Source: Amoebophrya sp. A120 (lineage: Eukaryota; Protista; Dinoflagellata). From it: a DNA stretch of 64,000 nucleotides. Location: the NCBI GenBank assembly GCA_905178155.1, contig CAJINV010000001.1, forward strand, positions 11,512,753 to 11,576,752, read 5' to 3'. The notes under the pieces are model-generated. The model made no database searches. It was not told where the DNA came from and worked only from the letters and a program-made list of their open reading frames with translations. This document shows positions 48,662 to 59,724 of the stretch, one piece after another; position 1 is the first letter of the stretch, and every line of letters starts with the position of its first letter. The position numbers and the translations under genes were made by a program.

Positions 48662-50152
48662 TTAATATTGTCGCCGCCTCGACGCGCATTTCTTTTCAAG
48701 CTTCTCCCAACGCGGCGCCCAGATTTTGCACAGTTTCTCAAATGTCTCTTCCGTCAACGAACGTATCAGACGGACACGCTGCTGCAGCTTTTGCAGCACA
48801 TTTTGTCCCGAAAGAACGTCGTTGTGGTCGCGCCAGCTGCGGTTTGAGGCTTCATCGGTGACGATTTCCGACTGGAACATTTTCTGTGAGACGGATTTTT
48901 CTGCGCGGGCGGCTTCCTTCTTCAGTCGCACCGTGTCTCGATGCAGGACCAGGGCGGCCTTATTAGCGGGCTCGAATTGAAGCAACGTGTGAAGGACCTC
49001 GAGTGCGCGCGGCAAATCATCCTTCGCGGCGCTCTCTTTCAACGCGAGCGCTTTTCGGTACAGCGCTTTGATGAGAAACGGGTGTATTTTCTCTTGATCT
49101 TGATCCACTTGTTCATCGAATGCATTATGACCGGACCCAAAATCTGATGTTGATCTTCCCGTATTTTCTTCCAATGCAGCGCTGTCTTTGTCACCGTTTT
49201 CTTTCTCCATGTTCTCGTCGTGGTCCGCTTCACCAGCGATTGTCTTCAAACAGGACGAGGGTAGCTCCACATAACTTCGTTGTCGTTCGTCTGATTGCAG
49301 CTTGGACGAAGTAGAGCAGATATTAGAACCGCTTCGTCGATTCTGTTCCTGGGCCGCGGCTTCCTGGAACAGCTTTCCAGCCCGGACTGCTGCCGTTCTG
49401 TAGTCTGGAAACCTACTCTCGAGAACCTTATCGCACTCCTCGACCGCCTTGGCAAACACCTTCGTTTTGAGGTAGCACTGCGCGAGGTTCAACCGAGTTG
49501 CGTGCTCTAAGTTGGAAAGCTCCTCCAGCTTGTTGCCTGCGTACCCTGCCTTGCTCCGCACGTAGGCGATAGACTGGAGGCTCCTCTCCCAGCATTCCAC
49601 GGCCTTCGCAAAGTCGCCCCGCACATACCATTCCTTGCCGTCCACGGATTCGTCGGCCTCCCCTGCTTGATCATGTCTTGCATTTAGTTTTTCTCCTTCC
49701 TGCCTTTGTTCCCCGACCGTGCTGACCTGCCTTTGGGGCGTGGGAATACTCGACTGAGCCAGTTCTTGTTTATTTCCGCTAGGATCTACTATCAGTGGTG
49801 CTGTGCCAGCTCGCTTCCGTTCGTCAGAGCCAGCAGGAGCTGCAGCTGACTCTTGGGTGATACGATTTGCCGCATCAACAGCTTCTGGCGGTTCTTCCCT
49901 TTCGTCGACGTCTTCTAGTGCGGCTTTTGAGAACGAAGATCTTTCATTCGAATCATCATCGGCGGGGGTAGCTGTGAGCACGTCTTTATTCACATCGCTA
50001 TCACTTTCGTCACTGCTGGATTCGTCGTAGTCCACCTTCATCGGCCTTGTGAAAGGGTCGGAAGCCGGATTGAAAGAGCGCGGCAAATCGTCTGGTGTGG
50101 TCGAATCGCCTGCCATCTTTTCTTTGATGCTATATACGATTTTGTCTCTCAT
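48662..50152 (-). CDS. TPR-domain protein (FKBP/cyclophilin co-chaperone-type TPR)
   Basis: GKEWYVRGDFAKAVECW, RLNLAQCYLK, AVEECDKVL, KALYRKALAL, LLQFEPANKA; long insertion between TPR2 and TPR3. Confidence 0.8.
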   Translation of the reverse strand: MRDKIVYSIKEKMAGDSTTPDDLPRSFNPASDPFTRPMKVDYDESSSDESDSDVNKDVLTATPADDDSNERSSFSKAALEDVDEREEPPEAVDAANRITQESAAAPAGSDERKRAGTAPLIVDPSGNKQELAQSSIPTPQRQVSTVGEQRQEGEKLNARHDQAGEADESVDGKEWYVRGDFAKAVECWERSLQSIAYVRSKAGYAGNKLEELSNLEHATRLNLAQCYLKTKVFAKAVEECDKVLESRFPDYRTAAVRAGKLFQEAAAQEQNRRSGSNICSTSSKLQSDERQRSYVELPSSCLKTIAGEADHDENMEKENGDKDSAALEENTGRSTSDFGSGHNAFDEQVDQDQEKIHPFLIKALYRKALALKESAAKDDLPRALEVLHTLLQFEPANKAALVLHRDTVRLKKEAARAEKSVSQKMFQSEIVTDEASNRSWRDHNDVLSGQNVLQKLQQRVRLIRSLTEETFEKLCKIWAPRWEKLEKKCASRRRQY

Positions 50153-50599
50153 GATGTGACGTTTTTCTCTGTCTATCTGACAAAAACAAAATCAGAATCG
50201 AAGATGTCAGTCCTTCGTACCAACAGCACGACTGCCTGCGTTAGAGACTCATGCACATGCTGTCAGCATGTGCATGAGTGTGCGGCTCAAAAAAAAAAAA
50301 ATCATTATAGCAGTCAACCACAATAGAAAGAAAGCAGATAGAAACAAAGGCCTTCTTCTATTTTGCTTTTGCATTATCAGTCAAAATGATCATGAAGCGA
50401 ATTGCTTTGTGCGCCGCCGCGACCATGACCGCGAACTCTTGTGTGCCGCGGAGAACATAGACTCGTCTGAGTCACCCTGCTCAGCGAAGATACTTAGCCC
50501 AACCTCGTTGGATTTTCCTAGATTTGCAAAAGAAAAATGCGCGAAGAAGCACGACTCCTTCCATAAGATATTTTATTGCCTTTTTTTATTTCTTTGCGC

Positions 50600-51220
50600 T
50601 CAGCCCTCGACTTTATCACCGTCGAAACAGCCATACCCATACTTTTCCGTGATCTTCTCGGGCGCCGCTTCGCGACTCGCAAGCTTTTCGTCGAACCGCG
50701 CGGTGAGGTACTCCCGTACCTCCGGCGCACAGCTTTCCGGTAGCATGTCGAGCACGCTGCCCTCGTCGCAGAGCAAGTTGACGTTCGCGCCACCGGTTTC
50801 GACGAGAACCTTTATGCTCTCCATGTCAGCGTAGTAGCACGCCAGGTGCAACGGAGAAAACCCGTCTTCGTTTACTTGATCGACGATGAGTGGCGTACAA
50901 GTTGTACTGCTATCTCCAGTTTCCGTTTCTGTGGTTTTGACCTCTCTACTCCGGGTCAGTAAATTTTGAAGCACGACAGGTTGCCGGATCGCAACGTGCA
51001 AAATAGTTGACAAATCGTCCGTCTGCAGCGACCAATCGGCGCCGTGGTCGAGGAGCAGGGACACTGTGTCGTTATGACCGCTCTTCGCCGCCATCAGGAG
51101 CGCAGAGGAGCCGTCGTAGGCGAGAAAGTCGTCAGGCTTTGTTCCGCCGGCCAGCAGCTCCTTCACCTCTGCGCTCTTGCCGCGGCGGGCGTATTCAAAC
51201 AGCTCCTCCCCGGAACTCAT
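50600..51220 (-). CDS. Ankyrin-repeat protein
   Basis: DGSSALLMAAKSGHNDTVSLLLDHGAD, DGFSPLHLACYY...VLVETGGANVN. Confidence 0.9.
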   Translation of the reverse strand: MSSGEELFEYARRGKSAEVKELLAGGTKPDDFLAYDGSSALLMAAKSGHNDTVSLLLDHGADWSLQTDDLSTILHVAIRQPVVLQNLLTRSREVKTTETETGDSSTTCTPLIVDQVNEDGFSPLHLACYYADMESIKVLVETGGANVNLLCDEGSVLDMLPESCAPEVREYLTARFDEKLASREAAPEKITEKYGYGCFDGDKVEG

Positions 51221-51758
51221 GACTTGTTAACTAGGAACAAAACCGATCAAAGTTGTAGATGACCGCACCAAAACCAACAAAAAACTAGTCGTGACCTTCA
51301 TGCCGATCCTGTTTCTGTTACTGATGTATGATCTCCTAAGTAGGTCTGCGGATGAGTCGAAATAACCGAAACTTGGGTCATTTCCATTTGTTTCTTACGG
51401 CTGCTGCGTGACACGACGCAACTAGGATCAGTGATATGGTGACCGACAAAAAGTCAAAACGATGGATGCGAAGTCTTTCACATGCACCTTATCGTTATCA
51501 GAAAAAAAACACAAGTACTTGGCACTCGAACAACAAGGCCTGCGGGTACCAAAGAAAGAGTCGAAAGTTTCAATTTGTCATTTTTATCGTGGACGAGCCT
51601 CGCCTCATTTGTGCTTATTTATCTGTTTGTGTTTTGCACGCGATGAAAGATGATGCTTGCCATTCATTGCCTCTTTTGGTACGAAAAATTGGCATTTTTA
51701 GGACCATTCAAATTCATTGCAACGGGCGCAGCGTTGTTCATTTTGAATTTTGCATCCT

Positions 51759-52852
51759 TCAGGTGGTAGCCGCGGCCACGGCTTCCGCTTCGGTAGTCGG
51801 CGTTGCTGATTCTTCCGGTGCACCTGCTCCTTTCTCTAGAAATTTCTCCGGAAGCGCGTCGTTTGCTTCACACTGCGCCCGGATTTTTTCTTTCAGTTTC
51901 TGAAACGTCTCCGGATCGTCCTGGACCATTTCGTTCAACTCCCCGATCATCTCTGTGAAGTGGTCCGCGTCCTCGCCCCCCACGTCCTGGCCGTCTACCC
52001 GTAAATTGGCCGCTTCCAGCTTCTTCGGGTCCAACTGCTGATCCGCCTTCGCCCTGTCGTCGTTCCCCCCTATGCTTTTCGCGAATTTTTCAGTTCCAAG
52101 GAACCCCTTCATGCGGGCTTTTTCGTCTTTCTTTTCCTCCCGGAGCCGCTCGCGGACGGTCTGCGGTTTATTTACGATTATGTTACACATACATAGAATC
52201 AATTGTTGGAACAAGAGCAGCAGCAACACCAGGGTACTCGCAGACCAAAAACGCAGTACCATCAACCTGCCTCTGACTGTGATATGTAGAAAAGTTCATC
52301 TAGTTGTACTACCTTTTGCATTTTTAGCAGCTCGGCATCTTTTGGTTCGTAACTGAGTGCTTTCGTCACATCCTTGTCGATGCTTGCCATTGTGGGTGAG
52401 ACTTTGATAGTGGCCGGTGCGAAGTTTTCCGTCTTCTCCGCCACGCCGTCTAGGACATTCAAGGCCGCCGTGCACTTTCGGAACAGAGCTTTGGCCTTCT
52501 GACTCGAGTTGAGCACGTCGTGCTTTGGGTTCGGCGGGTCTTCATCACCATACAGGGCTCGGTGCGCGGTGTTGTATGCGTGGGTCCAGTTCTCGGCTTT
52601 TAGAAAACACATCGCCAGATTCAGGTAGCAGCTTTGTATCAGAGCCCGAATCTCCTCCTCTTTCCGTTTGACAACCTCCGGCTTCATCCCGCGGCACTGC
52701 ATGATCACTTCGCTGTAGCGCTGGATAGCGTCGGCGAAACGACTTTCCTTTACATACTTGTTTCCAAGCTTCTTCGTTTCCTCCGCCATTTCCCAAAGCG
52801 AATCATCCTCCGTTAGGGAGTAATCTCCCGTGTGCAGACCGAGACCCGACAT
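51759..52852 (-). CDS. TPR-domain protein, 2 exons
   Basis: KKLGNKYVKESRFADAIQRY, CYLNLAMCFLK, KALFRK, LSYEPKD; GT-AG intron 52161-52312 joins MQK|TVRERL. Confidence 0.82.
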
Positions 52853-53804
52853 TTTCTGTTCCTCAGAAAACTGCCACAAACCGAAAAAGCTTAGCAATAA
52901 AGTTTACCGACGATGGAAGAGATAGGAAATAAAATGGCGTGTGGGCAACAAAAAAATGGGAATGTCAAAAAAAGTCGATGAGGGCTGGGGTTCTGGGATG
53001 AAAGATAGCTTGATATCTGAGCATTTGAATTGCATCAAACATCACTTTTGGCATTGCTATAGATGTACTTCTGACGCAGAAAAATTCTTGCGTCGTCGGT
53101 CTAGAATCAGAAACAGAATGACATGTCGAGCTGATGGTGCCGTAATAATCCGGCTACAGTGTGGATATTTCTTTGCACACACGGATATCAACCTTGGCCA
53201 CGAAGAACACACGAGATGACGTAGTGGAGGTCGCAGAGCTTCGGCGCTACTCCTTGCTGGAGAGCAAACCAATTCGCGGAGTACCCTCGAGGAATTCATC
53301 TTGATTCGCACTTCTAATCAAACAAGCAAATGCGGCGACATAATCCCAAGACAAATGCAAATCTGTAGTACTAGAAGTCGAGTACGTAGAAAAGTTAAAG
53401 TACTGCGAAAAGTCAATCATGCATGAGGAAACCCACGATGATGTAGTACTGGTCACTGCCACCGAGACTGAGACAGGAAACACATTCATCAGCAGAAAAA
53501 CTTTGTCTGATTGCTCGTTTAGCGCCTTTAATTTTGCTATTCTAATCTATCTTTGAAACGCAAGAAGCGTGACGTGGTGCTGAAGGAAGGTACCACTTAG
53601 CTTGTTACAAGTGAAAGTTGCTTCTTGATCATCTTTTTCTTTTGTCAACCCGCTCCCTATCAATCAAAATAGTTGAACTTGAAGGTCCAGAACCAACGCA
53701 TCATTTCACGAAAAAAACCCCTAGCTCTTCCTGCTCGTGCAAAAGACGTTTTGCGAATGATACCATCGTCGAATAGCCACAACATCGCTTCAGATGATGT
53801 ATTG

Positions 53805-54858
53805 TCACACGTGCAGGGTAATCGGTCCGAACCATCGCGGTAGGTCGTTCGCCAGTTTCCTGCCCTTCTTGTCCTCCCAGTGCGACACCTTCGTCGTTCG
53901 GTCAAACACAGCGCGCCACCCGCCGCGACCACCCCGATACTTCGGTACCTGTAGAATGGACCGGGTATCCGGCTCTTCGGCCGCACCGTTTTCGTCGTTC
54001 ATCGTTTGCTCCTGCAGCGCCCGGGCCTCCTGGGGCCGCCGGAGGGATTTCAAGTGCGGGTTTTTCTGGTCGGCACGCTTCACCAGCGGATCCTCATTCT
54101 CGTTCTGCTCCTCCTCCTGGTCAGGATTGTAGTCGTCGAATCGTACTTCACCAGTGAACCAGTTGTAAAAGTACGGAATTGCGTATGAAAGGCAAAAGTA
54201 CTCTGTTCGCTACGCAGTAGTCTTGTTGCACATGAAAGAATACGATTCCATGCATTTGCATTTGGATTTGAACTTGAACTTTTTTGTTTTCGAAGTTTAG
54301 CATTAACTGCATCAGCAAAACTATGCAACTACCACTTGTATGCCAAAACTGAATTAGCAGGGCGTCTTCAAAGAGGACTCTTGTCATGAAGTATTTTTCC
54401 ACGCCTGTACAAGCATGAAGAGGAGACAACGAACTTTTGCAGCGGGTATTCCGTCGCGGGAAACAATTTTTTCCCATTTCGCCTGTTGCTCCTTGATGTT
54501 CGGCACTTCGATAGGAACGGCGTTCGGGGCAAACCTGACAATTTACGTTTTCGTGGCTGTTCTCTTGTCTCCAATACGGACGCTCTCGTTTCGCAATACC
54601 ATGCAGGTTTCTCTACTTCTTCCCTTGATAGATATTCATCTTCATGTATATTTGCGCAAACTCAACCATGACTGATGCCCCGTGTTCCAAATCATGACTG
54701 TAAAACACGTACCGTGCGTAGCCTGCAAATGCCGGTCTCTCCGAGTCTGAAGTTTCGTTGGAGATAGAAGTAATACTCGTCGCCGCAGATTTATGCGACG
54801 CAACACTTTCGGAGTCACTTCTGTACTCCAAATCTGTGGGCGAATACGCCGGAAACAT
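53805..54858 (-). CDS. WW-domain-containing protein, 3 exons (54858-54713, 54534-54444, 54173-53805); start uncertain
   Basis: Spliced KWEKIVSRDGIP|YFYNWFTGEVRF fits the WW consensus; second WW-like segment GWRAVFDRTTKVSHWED; first intron 54535-54712 is GT-AG. Confidence 0.65.
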
Positions 54859-55934
54859 TTTTCTTTTTTGGAACAATGCCAGGATTGCGCTTAGCAGTTC
54901 TAGACTCTAACGACGCATGATACTACTCGTCTGAGACCTAGATAAAGACTATACTTTTTTCAAATGCGTCGAATTTAGGAAGAGAAGGTCCATATCACAG
55001 ACCGGGAAAAGCCCCCTTAATACCAGCACGATGGCGAGCATCAACGACCACACGACTACATCTGCAACCCACGAAGGCTACCAATACAACGATTCTTCAT
55101 GATCCCGGCCGAGCACGAGGAATAAGTAGTAGCTATCTAACATAGAAATGGATGTTTAAACATCGATCGATAGTAATACGCTTGATGTTGATCATTTTCC
55201 CTGGGGTCCTGCGATAAATATTTGTTGACATGAGAGGAATTTTTGTCATCGCAACTTTGCTCGGGCCCATGGGTCGCGACGGAGTGGAGACCGAGACAGA
55301 GGAAAACTCTACTAGAATCAACTTGAACTTTTATTAGCGAACCGGAGAAGCAAAAGAAAAAAAACCGACATGGCTGAAGAGATACTCATACTTGTCTCCG
55401 GTGTTTGCAGCTTCTCTTCGAAAACACAGTACAGGTCACTAAATGACTTTTTTTCCACCCCCAAACTACACAGCCCATGGGCTTCACCATCTTTGTCGAG
55501 ATCGAAGCACTAGGGAATGAGTCTTAACAACAGAAGAACAGCGACTGAGTATGTTCTGATTTTACGATGCTCGAAGTTTCGTATTCCTGTTAGCATCAAT
55601 TTCGCTGGTAGGATACTGCCGCGACGATGAAAGGATGTCCGCGACGTAGTGGGAATAGTCCATCTGTTTCTGTTTCTGTACAACATGAACCAAAATCTAT
55701 ACATAGCATTTTTTGCCGTTACCCACAAGAACCGTTCGTTCTCGAAGAATTCCAATAGAGCATCGTACAGTGTGGTGTGATTTGTGTGAAAGTGAAAATG
55801 AAATTGCAAAATCAAACTTTTTCATTCAACTTCAAGAAAAAAGCTGACACTACCCTGAAACAAACAGCAACAACATCAAGAAAAAACCTCTAATTCATAG
55901 GGTGCGCGCTCCCTATATTTCGCTCTTCGGACGA

Positions 55935-56826
55935 CTAGCTTTGCGCAAACAGGAGCAGAGGAAGGTCAACTCCAAGATGTGGCAGTCCCTCCGGCGGCAT
56001 CGGACACGGCTCGTGCGTCCGGCCCCGAGGAATGCAGCACGGTCGGCAGTATTTTCGCTCATTTGCCAGGACCTCTTTGCCATGCCGAAGAGCGTCGTTG
56101 TGCTTCGGTGGGGGGAAATCCACAACGCGTTTGCACGTCCAGTTATCCAACTGAAGTTATAAAACGGTTTTGGTTGCAATTGCATCTCTTGTTGCACAAC
56201 TTCCATCAATGAATGATTCCTCCTGCATTCTCAAAAGAAAAGATGAAGCCTTCGAGTAAGCTTGGGCAAAAGAAGTGTAATTGCTGTACAAAACCACTAA
56301 AGGAAAACAGGAACAATGCCACTCAAAGAAGAAGCTGTACCTGACTCGGCCAAGGTGCGCTAGGGTCGATGCTCTTCACGCGACGCATTGTGCTGCGACG
56401 GATTCGGGGGTCAAGTGGTTCGTTGCACAAACTCGTCGTGCTCCGGGCCATACGGAAATCTGGCGGTCCCCAGTGTCGCCGGGAAATGTACGCGTTTTTC
56501 GCCGTGTAGACGATCGGGCTGGTGTAGCCTTCCTCGACGTGCTGGTACAATCGGGCGTCCACGTGTCTGACGAAGTCGATCAAGAACAAATAAAAGGCAA
56601 TTTGTAATGCAGAGTTCGGTAAAAAACCAGATCTGTCATGCGGTTTGACATATGCAACTGCAACTAAGTTGTACCTCATCTCCTTCTCGCCATTCCAGAC
56701 ACCCGGCCCGCGGTGGATTTGAGTTCGGTCGCGCTCCCAGCTCGATATGGTTGCCTCTTTGTTTTTCACCAGTTGGTTCTGTCTCACCTGGTCGCAGACG
56801 GCAATACTCTGCCACGACGCCAACAT
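55935..56826 (-). CDS. Hypothetical multi-exon protein, structure unresolved
   Basis: GC-rich coding-like blocks at ~55935-56150, 56340-56585 and 56670-56880 separated by AT-rich gaps with GT/AG candidates. Confidence 0.35.
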
Positions 56827-57945
56827 TCTGATTCTGCACTTATTCGAGCTGGTGAAGATCTGAAGCAGGTTCCGTTCTGCTAAGCACTCTGAGGATTTTC
56901 CTCTCTTGCTTCTCAGCAGGCTCGCCTAGGATGCAGTTCGGGCAAATAGCACAAGTACATAAACAAACATCAAACAGGAACATCGACATGAAAGAAAAAC
57001 TCGGTCCTCAAATTAAAAAACGATCTTCACAGAGAAAGCAAAAAAAGGCATTTCTCGGGGGTCGGGCATTGATAAAAAAACACGAGGCGAGTGGCTGAGT
57101 CAGTGTATGTAAGGCGAAGGCCGAGCGCAATCTTCTGAAATATGAAGAACTTATCCTGTGATCAAACAGAAACTAACAGCACGCAAAAGTTCGTCACCGG
57201 TACTGATACGAGATCAGAATGAATGTTGACAGCTTTGGTTTTCTGTCATCATCTGTTATCAAAAAACCATTCAGAGAAGTGATACTTGATGACTCACCGA
57301 CTTTCAGAGCGTTGTTCTTTCCTCATCAAAAAAAGTCCTTGCTAGGTCGTTCAAGTTTCAGTGCTGTAGTTGTCAGAACACGAAGGAAGCCCAATTGTAC
57401 TCCAGCACTGTGCCAGAGGGAGTGCAGTACCAGTAACCCTGAATCGCAGTGCACAACGTGATTCTTTTTCTTTTTCAACGTAGATGGGAATGAGAAAGGT
57501 CGTGCCTTTATAATTTAGGAACGTGAAGAAATTTGAATTTATTCTACAACCTCGTTTGTAGTTCCTGCAGCAGCTCACTTACACTTAGGGCACTCTTGTC
57601 GCTCTTCATGTTTGTCATCTGACAACTATGAATGCTACTGTTAGTCATTTTCCCTGCGTTCTGTCAGGCATTTTCTTGGCATTTGTTTCTGTCTCCTCCC
57701 TTTTTGTGAGAAAAGAAGGCATGTGGCCCATGGAGGCAGTAAGAGGAGAGACTGCGACAGGAAAAGAGAAAGTGAAAGAGCAAGTAGATAGCATTAGCTT
57801 TAGCAATCTGGTGGAGCATTACCTACTCTTTCGGGCCGAATAATTTTTGTACACACTGACATCTCAACTGCAAAAGCAAATTAATGGGAGCAACATCAAA
57901 AGCCTATGAAATGTCGTCGCACCAGCAGCGACGATTCTTGTCCTC

Positions 57946-58951
57946 TCATTTTGTCATGTGTCTGGAGAATGAGCCAAAGTCCACTTTGGCATCGTCAGGG
58001 TCGTCAAAAATGTTGCTGAAGTTGTGGCTCGGAGGCGGGAGCGTGAAATCGTCATCCATCAGAAGAAAGCTAGTCCACGATTCGTTCTCGCTATTCTCTA
58101 AGTGCCCCGGACGCTCGTGGTACCACTTGGGCCGCGGCGCGTCGTAGCAGCGGCACACAATCGGACAGGGCGACCGCGTCTGTCCTTGGTGTTGCGAATA
58201 TCCCAGGGGGCGGGACACCGCAGGGGCAGTCTCTGGTCGGCGTCTGTGTGGAACGTATTAATTTGTCGTTTTTTTCGATTTCATAAAAGAAAAATGTAAA
58301 TGTTTAAACACATTCTTCTTGAAGTAGATTTTGATTAAATCTCATGCTACTACAGGACACACACACAACGCCACCAGTAAAAAGTGTAAGTATAAGATCG
58401 AAGTCGAATGCTCGAAAAATATACTCGCGCTGCAGCTTTGTGTGCGAGAATCCGGGAAGAGAACTTCGGCCTCTTTGCGCGGACACGGGTCGTCTAGTGT
58501 CCCTTTCCTCCACGTTCATCAGGTCCTCTTGGAGTTTGCTTATGTCCCGTGCGGACCGCGACAGTGAGTTTTTCCTTTTGACCTTCGGGGGGTATTTGTC
58601 CTTGTAGGCCATGAGCTCCCGGGTTTTTGCGTATTCGTAGCCCTTCGTGCGGAGCCGGGGGTCCAGGAAGCGCGGGCAGGCGTAGGCGTACGTCTTTCCA
58701 AAGTGCGGCTGGTCCAGGTAGGGCCACCGAAACGTGATTTTGCCCGTGTCCCACAGCATCTGTGCGCGCTCGCGCAAAAACTGTGCCTCGATGGACTGCG
58801 CCTCCGTCTGGACCGTACCCCGGAAATCATTGGGCGGGTGCGTTCCCGAAGTGACAGGCGGGCCGATCAGCGGTTGATACAGTTTGTTGGGCCCATGCCA
58901 CTCCGGCTTTGGCGTTGACACCAGCTTCACTGGAGATGCCGTGGTCGACAT
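57946..58951 (-). CDS. Hypothetical protein, 2 exons
   Basis: GT-AG intron 58244-58424 joins KLQRE|RRPETAPA in frame; coding-like GC3. Confidence 0.55.
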
Positions 58952-59095
58952 GGCGCGAGCTTCTGGTGCTGCGGCTGGTCTTGTTCCTGCTGAAATTCTA
59001 GTTCCTCTGTTAGTGTTTTTTATTTTTTTTATAGCTTGCGCGTTGTAATAAAAGTTGTAAATGGTAAAAATCGCGGGCGAATTATAGCAAGAAGG

Positions 59096-59718
59096 TATAT
59101 GTTAGTGGACTTGAGAACACTCGCACACACTTACACACGTTTGCTCCACTGAGCTCGTTATCAACAGCTTTCCAATGAGTTCTCTCAATTGCAAGTAAGC
59201 AAGCAAGTGACGCAAGTCTCTTGCTGCGTTACATCCTGTAGGTTCAATTCATCCAAATTCATCACATTCATATGGACCAAACCTGGTCAGAGCCAAGTGG
59301 CAAAACAGCATGGGAGTCCACTCCTCAACCTTGTCGGTTTGGTGCTCGACCCTGGCGGGAGTCAAGTCCCTCAGGGCGACCATTCTGAACGTCTGGACCG
59401 AGCTGAGTCCATTCATTTCACTACGATCCTGATGGCTTTGCCTTCGTAGTATTTGGGGGATTCGCGGAACATGGTGAAGAGTTTCCTTTAGGATCCAGAT
59501 AGATTCTGACCATTTCCCTAAGGATCTAGCTAGTTCAGGTCATTCAGAAACGTCATTTCATCTGGGAACAGGCGTCATTTGGGGCGATCGTGTTACGTGT
59601 GTGCGGGATCGATTTCCATGACCAACGCCCCTCCTCAATCGCTGCGGCGGTGGTGCTAATCTGGATAACGTCCAACCACACTCCCCTCCTGAGCGCGCTG
59701 TGGTAAACTAGCTATATA
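59096..59718 (-). repeat. Putative 3' LTR
   Basis: Starts right after the PPT with TATATAGCTAG and ends CTAACATATA (imperfect inverted termini); internal ~31-bp degenerate tandem duplication at 59482-59544; partner LTR not in the window. Confidence 0.6.
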
Positions 59719-59724
59719 CCCCCT

